Shown here: in pieces, positions 24,576 to 36,257 of the stretch | How the letters are laid out: each line of letters begins with the position of its first letter | How positions within the stretch are numbered: position 1 is the stretch's first letter | Assembly (NCBI RefSeq): GCF_023055435.1 | Contig: NW_025964001.1 | Location: 26,908,001 to 26,972,000 of the forward strand | DNA from: Haliotis rufescens | Taxonomy: Eukaryota | Length of the DNA: 64,000 nucleotides | Reading direction: 5' to 3' | Notes under the pieces: model-generated | What the model was told of the DNA's origin: nothing | Databases searched by the model: none | Seen by the model: only the letters and a program-made list of their open reading frames with translations | Position numbers and translations under genes: made by a program

Positions 24576-25340
24576 CTGCAAATATAAATACCAATGTTCA
24601 GGGCATCCACAAATCATGCAGTGGAACAGGAAAATAACTAAAGGGTATGACATCAGGAGCACAGATATGGCGCTGACAGACCAAGTTCACAGATAGTATG
24701 AATCAGGGATTTAACCCAATACACGTGGCATCTTAAGCGATGTGGCAAACAGGAAACCTGCACCATCAACACTTATGTTGTAAATAACTGAATATCATGC
24801 ATATTCTGTTATATGTGTGTGAGAATAACTCTGCTATTACTGGAATATCACAACAGCTGTAACACAAAGCAACCATGTGGGGCCCAGGAATCAAACTTGG
24901 TATTGAGAGTAAGAAAACACTTCAACCACTTAGCTTACAAACCAACACTTTAAGCTGCAAACTGCAAACATAATCGCATTTTGGGTTATTACATCTAAGT
25001 TGCATCACATCCTGACTTCACCCTGTTAGACCAAAGACCCGTCCTTCCTCACATCCATAACAAATAACAGAGGGCGCTTAACCCTTTGTCCAGGTGATTC
25101 ATTAATCCAGATTATGCCAATGGGTACTGTCTGGGTTAATGGGGTTTCATTGTAAATTGCTTATAACGCATGCCAGACACCAGAGGCAGATCCAGGATTT
25201 TGAAAAAGGGGATGCACATAATACCCAAGTCATGAAGTGACTTGGCCGAGGGCACATTTCAACATGTAAGGTGTCTGACAACGGCGTTTGCCACCCCACA
25301 GCTGGATCTGACAGTGGACACACAAGGTAATGGCACCTAC

Positions 25341-25477
25341 CCTCGTCAGCCCCAGTGTACAGGGAGGAGCGTTTCTTCTTTTTCTTCTTCTTGTCTCTCT
25401 TTCCACAGACACACGATCGCCCCTTCTTCTTAGCGTCCTTCCCGTCTCCTGGCATGGTCTGACGCAGTGTTTCACGT
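25341..25477 (-). CDS. MPP5: MPP5 exon (basic HOOK region)
   Basis: RETLRQTMPGDGKDAKKKGRSCVCGKRDKKKKKKKRSSLYTGADE, phases 2/1. Confidence 0.9.
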
Positions 25478-25654
25478 CTGTAACAACAACACACAATCCC
25501 GTCTCAAAATTGGTTAAAATCGGCCTATTTCAGGAAAGCAAGGGTGTTTTTCAAGTCTAAAAGAATTGTTGTACTGGTACCAAAGAGGACACAGGTGATA
25601 CACAAATTGTACCAAAGTGGAGTTGTAACAAAGGCTACCATACCATCTCTGTCT

Positions 25655-25762
25655 GTGATTATGGCACTTACTGTTCATGGAAGAGCCTGCTGGGTATAAG
25701 CCCGGCCAGTGATTACGGCACTTACTGTTCATGGAAGAGCCTGCTGGGTATAAGCCCGGCCA
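25655..25762. repeat. 54-bp tandem duplication across the SH3 exon donor site
   Basis: GTGATTAYGGCACTTACTGTTCATGGAAGAGCCTGCTGGGTATAAGCCCGGCCA occurs twice. Confidence 0.95.
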
Positions 25763-25928
25763 ATGACTGGTGCTCTTCCTCGCCTTCCCTGTATGCCTGC
25801 CACCAGTTGGGATCATCCTGGTTGATGATATGAAGGATATCTCCCTTCATGAAGGAAAGCCCCAGTTCTCGACATGGGATATATGCATCGTCCTCAGGGT
25901 CATAGTTGAAGAGGGCTCGAAGGTGCAC
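25726..25928 (-). CDS. MPP5: MPP5 exon (SH3)
   Basis: [62 protein letters not shown]. Confidence 0.96.
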
Positions 25929-26170
25929 CTGCAGAACATCACCACGTACATACTATATTCTGTAAACATTTGTTGTGATTCATAATTAGTAACACCATAT
26001 TCATAATGAATAACATATTCATATGATGGACATTTTTTTTCCAAAATGTATATAAGTTAAAAATTATTCAGAAACTCTTTGAAATTTAAAAAATTGTTTG
26101 TGCGGCATCAGGCAACAAAGAAATGATTACTTTTTTATGCAATTAATTCTAGTGGTCTTTCTGTACTTAC

Positions 26171-26254
26171 TGCTTTTGGTCGGGCGGCTGGTTTGGGTGA
26201 TGCGTAGTTGTGCGTCGGGATGATCATGAATGTTATTGTCCCTGTCATATAGGC
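26171..26254 (-). CDS. MPP5: MPP5 exon (PDZ end / linker)
   Basis: AYMTGTITFMIIPTHNYASPKPAARPKA|gtaagt. Confidence 0.92.
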
Positions 26255-26456
26255 CTGAAAACAGTAGTAGGTAATTAGTATTGAACATAGACACATATCT
26301 ACATAGTAAAACTGTGTTACACAGCTAACAATGAACATCATTATCACTGATTATCCACAAGTTGTACAGTTCAGGTTTAGTCACTATACAGTTACTGTTC
26401 AAATTACACAGGTTCTGGAATAATATATCCAGTCTGAAACAATCTCCATTACTAAC

Positions 26457-26542
26457 CAGCATCTCAGATACATCGTTGACATTTTTGCCGCGCATGTCGA
26501 TGCCATTCACTTCTAGTATCTCATCTCCTTCGTGAAGCAAAC
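26457..26542 (-). CDS. MPP5: MPP5 exon (PDZ)
   Basis: [29 protein letters not shown]. Confidence 0.95.
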
Positions 26543-26909
26543 CTGACAATAGAAACAAAGTTACACATAAAGCTACTAGCTATTATTCATGATACTGTAA
26601 ATAATCTGGGACCAGACAAACAAGTGGTTGACAGCATGAGCAACAATCCACACCATCCGGGTACGATGACACATGTCACACAATTAACAACTATCCTCTA
26701 TTGTCAGAATGATCATAATGACATCATGAGGCAATGGCCAATTCTTTGACTCCTGAATCCCCATGAAGAATGTCTGATATAATTTGCATGAATGTTTAAT
26801 GCCGCACTCAGCAATATTCCAGCATTTACAGTAAATAAAGAAGTTGTTATCTATAAATTGTGTCTACTTTGTCATCCTTCAACTTATAAGTAATGCCTAT
26901 CAAGCAATT

Positions 26910-27119
26910 GATATTCCAACTATATGATGGCGGTCTGTAAATAATCAAGACTAGACCAGACAATCCAGTGATTGATATCATGAGCATCGATCTATGCAAT
27001 TGGAACGCAATGACATGCATCAACCAAGTGAGCAAACCTGACCACCTGATCCTGTTAGTCGCCTCTTACGACAAGCAAGGGTGTCTGAAGACCAATTGTA
27101 GCCCAGGTCTTCACAGGGG
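26910..27119 (-). mobile_element. SINE-like family B with complete head
   Basis: Head CCTGTGAAGACCTGGGCTACAATTGGTCTTCAG..GCTTGTCGTAAGAGGCGACTAACAGG with no A/B boxes. A detached tail lies at about 26790-26825. Confidence 0.82.
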
Positions 27120-27166
27120 ATACTAAACGTAGCCTTGAACTCAGTTTATGAAAACAACAAACTCAC

Positions 27167-27242
27167 CACTCTTCTCGGCTGCTCCACCCTTGACAATCCT
27201 CCCAATTATCACTGAGTCTCCCTCATTCTTCACTGTAGCTCC
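27167..27242 (-). CDS. MPP5: MPP5 exon (PDZ)
   Basis: [25 protein letters not shown]|gtgagt. Confidence 0.95.
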
Positions 27243-29731
27243 CTGTAACATGACAGAACACATACATAGAACATGACATATAGGTCCATTGAGGAGCTGA
27301 CATGACAACCAGCAACAGAAGCACTAGGAGTCTTGGCGGGTCTGGCAGCAAACATCTGACCTGTGTATAGGAGATAGTTTTGGGTTTGATAATGGAGCTA
27401 AAACTCTCGAGTGAGTGAGTGTGTAAGTGAGTTGTGATCACAGTGGAGCTAAAAATCTTGAGTGAGAGTGAGTTGTTTCAGAGTGGAGCAAAAACTCTCG
27501 AGTGAGTGAGTGAGGGGATGAGGCATGAGTGAGTGAGTGAGTGAGTTGGGTTTCAGAGTGGAGTAAAAAATCGCGAGTGAGTGAGGGGATGAGTGAGTGA
27601 GTGAGTTGTGTTTCACAGTGGAGCTAAAAATCTTGGATGTAAAAATCATGGAAAATCTGACTGCACAGCTTTTGACCTTAATATATAAGTGAACAAGTGA
27701 GTGTGTGGAATCTTGGAGTGAGTGAGTTGGGTTTATTGGAGATTTGAGATTTGAGATTTGAGCAATTATCAGTCATATCATGGCATGTCAGCTTGATGTG
27801 GGAGAAGACCTAAGAGTAATGCAGGTCTTAGCTGTTTACCACCTAGGGGAAACCCACAAGCACATGTTTTGGCTGACAAATAAGAGTCATAATATGACTA
27901 AATCGGGGAATCTAACCAAATCATTAAATCTAGGCACAACAATAATAGTATGCATTCATCTTTAAATAAAATATGCATACATTATTTTTGTTCTTGAAAA
28001 ATGTCTACAAGTGTGAAACAAAGATAATATACCTTAATGAATCAATTATTACAAAAACGTTGGTTACAAAGTTAATGTATTTCTTTAAAAAACAACAACA
28101 CCCTACTTTTTCCCTGGAGGAGAAAAAGTCATTACTTTCAAACATCTTGTTACAAAGGTGGGAGTTTTTATGTCGCAGAAATGGAAATGAGGCAAAAATG
28201 GAGTAATTGAAGTCGCACAAAATCCACAACTTTACCGGCAGCTAATGTTGTTTTGTCCACTCAAGGCATTGATCCGAGAACAAAGAAAACTGGGATATGC
28301 AAACTGACCTGATCAGAATAACCCAAACAGAGAGGAGAATCAGGCCCTTAAAACGCCAGAATAAATGGCCTTCTCTGTAAATTTCAAGGCATTACATCCC
28401 TCCTGTAATGGTTGGCAAATTTTCATTTTGGCATAAATTTTGAGATTTTATTACCTCTCTTAACTGACACCAGGTTAAACAAAAAATACAACATATTGTG
28501 AAATGAAATATTTAAAAGGATCCTTCCTGACGTATATCCCTTGTCACATTTGCATCCCAGTGTAGCAGTTTGTTATATCCATCATACTCAGGGTGATATA
28601 TGATCGCACGGAATGCTGGCAATTTATACATGTTGGCATGAGATTGAATAACAAAGCATATCTCAGTTGTATCTCATAAATGTCCTAGCATGTCCATACA
28701 TCAAGACTATCTTCCTAACTAACATAGTCACCTCAACTGCACTTTTTGACCCTCACATTGCATTTATGTCAACATTATTTTTGCAAATTTGTATATGGTT
28801 CTATCAGACGGATTATTGTGGAACAAACCACTGTTTTAAGAGTTAGCTGATAGCTGTAGGCTCCTCTGCTCCTCGCTCAATAAAGAGCTATATATTATAA
28901 TATAGATTTACGATAGTGGAAAACCACAAGGAACAAAAAAGAGGCCATGGTGTCTGTAGTCCTTTTAAACTTAAAATTAACCATGATACTTTGTGTTTTG
29001 CAATTTTCAACATATAAAAAAAAATATGGAGACCCATTTACAAAAGCAATCTAAGCTGGTCATAACCCTACGCCGAAATATCTGACCGAGACATTTGCAG
29101 CACTACGATTGATCTGCGAAAACAGGGGCCTGTTCTCTAGAGCAGGGTTGCAGCGTGCCAACATCCTCGTGAGATGTTCCAGACGTGCCAACATCCTCGT
29201 GAGATGTTCCAGACGTAAGGTGGGGCTTAGCAAGCACCTGCCTGGCTTCCTTCTCTATTGTCATGGAAGATAAGCCAACTATGTACACCATTACTGGATG
29301 ATAAGGTCATCCACTGTTGCTACCCATGATGTCCACGTTCCTGAGAATTATCACACACTGTAGTGGTCCTATCTCACCTCTAACCTATGACCGAGTCTAA
29401 CCTCCTGTTTCCACACTGAACTGCAACATAACAATGTTGATTTTATCTCAAATCTAACCCAAGTCCTAACTTGATATTGGATCAGACTCAACTTTGGTTA
29501 TGTAAAACTTGTACTGTGATTTAATGAGTGAGGGAGTGTTATTTTACTCTGCAGTCCCAAAAATATAAGATATATTACTGTGCAGGCTTTGAATCATTGT
29601 CTGGACCAGACAAACCAGTGGTGGTCAGCACGAGCAATGCCCTTGGGTACTATGACACCCAATCCACACATGTTAACCACCCAATCCCTTCAGTCAGTTA
29701 CTGGTGATGTAACAATCTGTCCTGGAATCAA

Positions 29732-29890
29732 GAGTGAGTGAGTACTGTCTTACATTTAGCAACATTCCAGCAATATCATGGCGGGGGACACCAGAAATGG
29801 GCTTCACACATTGTACCCATGTGGGGAATTGAACCCAGGTCTTCAGCATGATGAGCGAACACTTCAACCACTAGGCTACCCCACTGCCCC
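29732..29890 (-). mobile_element. SINE family A
   Basis: A/B boxes and TSD GAATCAAGA. Confidence 0.85.
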
Positions 29891-30628
29891 CTTGAATCAA
29901 GAATGTCCTTCAGTCTGTCAACTGGTCATCAAAACAAACATAACTGATATTTCCGCTGGTAACACATTGTCTCTGTAAGCACCGTCTCCGTGAGACTATG
30001 AGAACAGTTTCCATAGATATCAATGAAATGGGGAATATATTTCCCTTGACAACCATAACTCATTGTCTTCTATACTTCTTTCTGTATTGTCGGTCAAAGC
30101 ACAACTCACAAAGTAATTGTCTTATTTAATCTTGTTGTTGACAGAACAGCCGAAGGCCTTGTGATATACACTGTGCAGCTGACCCCAAACTGCCAGTCTC
30201 CCTGTTTGTCATGTAACCAAGGTGTTGTGACTTCGGTGCCACAGCTATTAATCTACAGTCGTCGTGACAGCACGCAACATCTACGACTTCCCTGTTTCAT
30301 GTAATTCGGTTAGTTCTCTGACAGCTTGGCGAAGAAATGGAGTCGAAAGTCTTCACCCGAAGACATTCACATTTCTCACAGACAGAATTGGTTACAGAAC
30401 AATGGATGGCCTTTTTGTAAATTAGATAAAAAATTGTCAGTGTGTGATGTTAAAAGTTGAGAATATTGAGTCTCTGCAACTCCAGTCCGTGTGTGATAGA
30501 CAGAAGTTGTATGAGGTTCCCACCAGTTGTGCTCCCTTTCTTGCTAATATGTTTCTCAATGCATGTGAAAAAGAATTTCTGCTCAGATTGGCAGAGTCAA
30601 AACACAGGAAGTTTACGATGTTTAACCT

Positions 30629-31107
30629 CAAACTCATTAAAATCAGATCTTAGTTCTTGCTACCGCTAAACAAAGATCTAAGGACATCCCATTACGGGTC
30701 ACGTCAGACCGACCTTGCGCGAACTTTGACCGACCAATGGAATGACCAATCAGAAGGCAGCTTTCTCGTGCTTTACGGCACTAATTTCAAATTGGCGACT
30801 ACGCTTCTAAACATATTTTGACAAATTCTGGATTACAAATTTGAAACCTGAACAAAAGAACATTCTGGAATGGCTAATGGATGGGCTAGATTGTATTGAT
30901 TCAGTTGTTAAACCCGTAACTATCGTTTGGAATAAAGTTTTCAAGGTTGCATGATTAGAAATCACATTCCGACTGTCACTTTCATAATCTGGTAAGCGAC
31001 GCTCTGATTGGTCGGATGAAAGGTCGTTCTGACGTGACCCCTAATGGGATGTCTTCAGATCTTTGTTTAGCGGTAGCGAGAACTAAGGTCTGATTTTAAT
31101 GAGATTG
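30629..31107 (+). mobile_element. Non-autonomous AcademH-like DNA transposon (~85-bp TIRs, 9-bp TSD)
   Basis: TIR CAAACTCATTAAAATCAGA...; TSD GTTTAACCT at 30620-30628 and 31108-31116, single in PLE copy 1; internal RecQ-like peptide LKPEQKNILEWLMDGLDCI. Confidence 0.8.
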
Positions 31108-31254
31108 GTTTAACCTAAGCCTCAGGTATACAGTGTATGTCGATGATCCGATGTCCAATAATGGTCAAATTCCCTTCCATTGATTTACCCACCTGAAATA
31201 AAAGATACCATTGATACTGTCTCATCCATGTCATATTCAGATCAATGCAGAAAG

Positions 31255-31419
31255 TGAGTGAGTGAGTATGGTTTTATGCTGCTTTTAGCAATATTCCAGC
31301 AATATCATGGCGAGGAACACCAGAAATGGGCTTCACACATTGTACCCATGTCGGGAATCGAACCCAGGTCTTCGGCGTGACGAGCGAATGCTTTAACCAC
31401 TAGGCTTCCCGACGGCCCC
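31255..31419 (-). mobile_element. SINE family A inserted in the PLE copy
   Basis: TSD TCAATGCAKAAAG and intact A/B boxes. Confidence 0.9.
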
Positions 31420-33733
31420 TCAATGCATAAAGATTCCGGGTGATAAAAAAACCCAAAAGGGATGAGTTCATCTTTCCAAAAGTCAACTGTCTTTTTGTGT
31501 CGAGAAGTTTGCAGCAGCTCCAGCCCTTGGTGTCTACATTTCACAACTTCTGAGGTAAAATGGAGCATGCTCTTTCCACCAAGATTTCAAAGAGATTTGA
31601 TAAGATTAACAGCATTTAAAGACTTTTTTCAAAAAGCCTTATCGTAGACATGTTTGGAGGAAATTTCCATATCTGACGCTTTAGTGACAAAAATGGTGTC
31701 TGATGCATTTCCCTATTTTGACGTGTACTATATGTGCCCATGTTTGTTCAAGTGAAGACATGACTTGCCTTTGCATGTGTCTGTGATGTGTGCTACTGGT
31801 GGGGCAGGATACACTCACCTTTTCACAACCTCCTGGTATCATCATAATATTCTTATACACATACTGATGATATCGTCAGAATTGTACAAACGAGTCTTCT
31901 TTTAGCAGATTTTCTCTTTTTTATTATGGTAAGAGTATTGTTGTTTCTGTTCCAATTACATGGTCTCAATATTTTTTTCATTTTAGTTTTAGGACAATAA
32001 ACTACCAAGATTTATCCAAGCATGTGCTTTTTTATGATCAATAGCATTACAACAATCATTCCCAAAAATGTAAGGGTCTGTAATAAACTTGGATTTACGG
32101 TTCTTTATCAATGCTAAATTCAGGGTGTTGTCATCCAACGATGTGATACTAGAGCTAAACGTACAGTGAGTCCATATTACCTGTAAGTTTGGGAGTTATG
32201 TCAATCATCGCGCTAAGATGACTTTGTGTAGCTGGGATCTGACTTAAAAAATGTCAAACACTATCATGGGATAGATATATGGTTATTCCCCATTGAACAT
32301 TCTGACAGGATGAGCTTAATGGCTACCCCTTAACAAGTCCATGAAGCAAGGATTGTAGGTGATGTCAAAATTACATTTCTCATGTCACATCAATGTCTTG
32401 GGAACTAAGGAAAAATATTGATCCCACAGTTCACACAATTATGCTGAGACACCTCCTGAACTGTAATCAGACAAGCTTAGGGTGATGGCAGTTATCATGT
32501 GAGACTACATAGGGGACTACATAGGGGAATACTGGGCAATACACCGCCGCCAACCCCGACAGTGTTCCCACAGTGAACCATGATATACAGGAGATATGAC
32601 ACGAGTAGCCACATCAAACCTCCCCCAATGACACCGAACTGGTGCTAGGAAATAATGACATATCACTCAAGGTTATACTGGATGCAGAATATTGCGTTGT
32701 ATACAAATTAAATGGATGCAAATAATTTACATTGTGAGTCCTATGGGATGCAATAATGTATGGCTGTTTCAATCATAATATTTCTCAAAACTGTTGACTG
32801 CATGTTTTAGATAGAAGTGACATATCTACTCAATGTTAAATACACTCAATGTTCGGGGTGTCAGTGGTTGATTCTTCTTGAAATCCACATCAATAATTGA
32901 CGTGAGGCTCTGAGCTGAGAATCCCAAGGAATAGAAAATAGATAGACCCTGGTTAATCTCTGACACTTATGTATCTACATCAAAGACTTGACCTGACCAG
33001 TGCTAAAAAGTATTTACTATATACACCTGTATATATCACCTATACCACAGACCCTGTATCCAACCAGCTTGGCCTACATACATGGGTAATACACTAATAT
33101 ACATGGGTAATGTGCCTCCCAACAATAAAGCCTGGGAAAAAGCAGGTACGTATATTGAAAAGGCAACCTTAGGCCTATCCCAAGTCACCTGACCTCATAT
33201 ACCTGTTGTCATACCATGACGTCATGCCTGACTGAGTTTCCCAGAGACTCTGCCAGTGGGCTGAACAAATGCGTTGTACAAATTAACAGCCATGACTGTA
33301 TTTCATTTCAGATATATTTCTAAGAAACTCATATGCTTATCAGGTTGAAATTAACTTCCTGGAGTGAAGGAATACAGACTTAGTTTGTAGGGTCATGGTG
33401 TTCAACACCACTGTGAACAATATTTCAGCGTGTTAGCTTAATGTGGGAGGAAAGCTGAAGGTGATACAGGCCCCAGACATTTGTGAAACACAATCAAGGC
33501 AAGTCGGGCCTTCCAACCCACGATCATAGGTTCCTGCCACACCTAAGGGATGCAACTCTGCTTCTTATCATGGGTATGAAATTTTGATTTCTTCCTGAAG
33601 TAAAAACCAGAAGACTTATCTTTTTATGTTTTTTCACAGTTTCTAATCATACCAAATATAGAAAATACCAAATATAGAAAATACCAAATATGGGACAAAT
33701 ACAATTAACAATATTTACACATGCTGACATTTG

Positions 33734-33883
33734 GTGAGTGAGTGAGTATGGTTTTACGCTGATTTTAGCAATATTCCAGCAAATATCACGGCGGTGGACA
33801 CCAGAAATGGGCTTCACACATTGTACCCATGTCGGGAATCAAACCCAGTGAACGCTTTAACCACTAGGCTACCCGACCGCCCC
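33734..33883 (-). mobile_element. SINE family A (internal deletion)
   Basis: Matches family A but lacks the anticodon-arm segment. Confidence 0.85.
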
Positions 33884-33939
33884 TGTTCAACAGGAAATAA
33901 ACCTTGCTATAAACAATGTCATGAGTACAAGTCACGTAC

Positions 33940-34131
33940 CAATGGCTCGTTGGTCTTCTCTAAATGGATGATCTTCACGCTGTCCTCGCCATAAGGCATG
34001 AGGGGGTACTCAAGGGGTTCACTGGCATCGGGCTGGGTGAGGGCAAGTGTGTGCGGGAGGGCGTGGACATGGTTCACCGTCACTGGCTCGTGTTCTCGCT
34101 GGGCTAGAGAGTCGTGTGCAAGCAATACACC
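33940..34131 (-). CDS. MPP5: MPP5 exon (L27C end / PDZ start)
   Basis: GVLLAHDSLAQRE...PYGEDSVKIIHLEKTNEPL, phase 0/0. Confidence 0.93.
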
Positions 34132-34291
34132 CTGAAATAAACAATAAAAATAATTAGAAAAACATACTTTTAATGACAAAATGTCTGTGTACATGGTGTA
34201 TGGAGTGTTAAACTACAAAGAGAATAAAGAATTAAACATGCGTGCTAGCTTTCAGCCTGTTTGGTGATGTATTTGAAATGGCCCCCAGCAT

Positions 34292-34567
34292 TGTGAGTGA
34301 GTTTGGTTTAACACCGCTTTTAACAGTATCACAGTTATATCACGGCACGTCAGCTTAATGTGGGAGGAAAGCCCGAAATGATGCAGGACTCAGACGTTTA
34401 CCACTTCGGTGAAACCCACTAGCACGGGTATGGTGCTGACACACCTAGAAACATAATGGGGCAAACTGGGATTCGAACCCACAATCATAGGTTTCTGGAG
34501 TGCCCAAGGGACGCAACTCTGCACAGCGAATCGCAGCGCCTAAGACGACTGGGCCACCCGTGCCCCC
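34292..34567 (-). mobile_element. SINE family C, full length, nested in a family B remnant (~34255-34780, +)
   Basis: Head GGGGGCACGGGTGGCCCAGTCGTCTTAGGCGCTG...GGTTCGAATCCC and TSD GGCCCCCAGCA. Confidence 0.88.
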
Positions 34568-35800
34568 GGCCCCCGGCCCCCGGCCCCCAGCAACCTATGC
34601 TTGTTGCACAAGGTGAGTGAATGGATTGGGTGGTCAGACAGAGTGACTTGATTGCATGTCATCGTTCACAGACATTGTGGGGCTTATGATTTTAAATCAA
34701 TCACTGGATTGGATTGTATGGAAGGAAGCTGAATCATGAATCTAGAATATTGCTAAGGCGTTAAACAAGAAACAAATAACATTGGTGATGTGGTTCCTGA
34801 GGAGGTGTTTACAGACACTCTACATGATGGACAAATACGCCACACAACATGGGCTCTCTTTAGCTTCAGCTTCAACATTCCACAAATAGTAGTCAGTAAT
34901 GGCCATAGAACTTTCTAAATACCACGCTTATTTCAGCACTTGGATGATGTGTGTGAAATGTTTTAAAAAGATATTTCAAACAAAGCTTTTTTAAGAGTAA
35001 GACTAAAAGCTGTAAAAAAAAGAACTTAAATTCTAAAAACACATAAGACCACTTCTACATGGTTTCATACAGATATTTCAACATGCTTTGGGAGAGAGGC
35101 AGATAGACAGACATGTAAACAGAATATGTTTCTACAAACACTGCCAACTTAACTTCAGCAAGGGAGATAACTCTTGAAGTATGAACATAATGCAGGTAAA
35201 TGAAAATCCATAGAATAACATGGGTATTCAACATTAAATACAAATGTTCACAGATATCACAGTCTGCACTAACAACTTTACTTAGCATTACATATCCTCA
35301 AACAGTGCGCTAAATGCTTGAACTATTTTCCTCCGACAACACAATCAACTATGTGTGTCACAAAGTATGACTGTAAACATTAAATACGAAGCTGATCTTA
35401 TTGACATAACAAGATTCCAATATTTGGGCACATGTTGGCCACAAAGCAGGCCACATTACGACCAGATTGACGGGTCAGTTCCACAGAGTTATTATTGGTT
35501 ATGTCAACAAGTCTTGTACAAATGTTTGCTGCCGCCATCATCATCTGTCATGTCCATGGTTCCCTGGCCCAGCCTGATGACCTGTCACAGGCCTCCTTGT
35601 TGCCTCAGATGTACCAGGCCCTTACACATGCTCTGCACACAGTGGTGGGGAAACAAATGAAGACAAAAATCTGTCTTAATGGATTTCTACATTTCGGTTA
35701 TCGATTAGAATGTTGTTTTCAATGTGGCTTGTTACATCTTCTACAGTAAACAGTGCTAACATTTGTTGAATTTACCACCTGCGGATTCCCCCTTACCACC

Positions 35801-35929
35801 NNNNNNNNNNNNNNNNNNNNNNNNNNNNNNNNNNNNNNNNNNNNNNNNNNNNNNNNNNNNNNNNNNNNNNNNNNNNNNNNNNNNNNNNNNNNNNNNNNNN
35901 NNNNNNNNNNNNNNNNNNNNNNNNNNNNN
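35801..35929. other. Assembly gap
   Basis: Run of N. Confidence 1.
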
Positions 35930-36257
35930 GACAGGCAGACAGAGACACAAACATACACAGACAGATAGACACACAAAGACAGAGAGAGACACACATACAC
36001 AGACAGACAGACAGACAGATAGACAGAGACACAAAGACAGATGACAGATAGAGACACAAAGACAGACAGATAGACAGAGACACACAGACAGACAGGCAGA
36101 CAGAGACACAAACATACACAGACAGATAGACACACAAAGACAGATAGACACACACATACACAGACAGACAGACAGATAGACAGAGACACAAAGACAGATG
36201 ACAGATAGAGACACAAAGACAGACAGATAGACAGAGACACACAGACAGACAGACAGA
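35930..36257. repeat. Complex (GACA/GATA/CA)n microsatellite
   Basis: Directly visible, abutting the gap. Confidence 0.95.

Larger units (their letters stand above)
30500..31920 (+). mobile_element. Second, more decayed Penelope-like RT copy, interrupted by two insertions
   Basis: PTSCAPFLANMFLNACEKEFLLRLAES, then segments colinear with 1170-1880 including the 3' motif. Confidence 0.82.

Noticed and set aside
30318-30370. Possible hammerhead upstream of PLE copy 2 (TCGAAA followed by hairpin GTCTTC-ACCC-GAAGAC)
   Set aside because: The CUGANGA box has two mismatches, the UH site is missing and no stem I is evident. At best a decayed relic.
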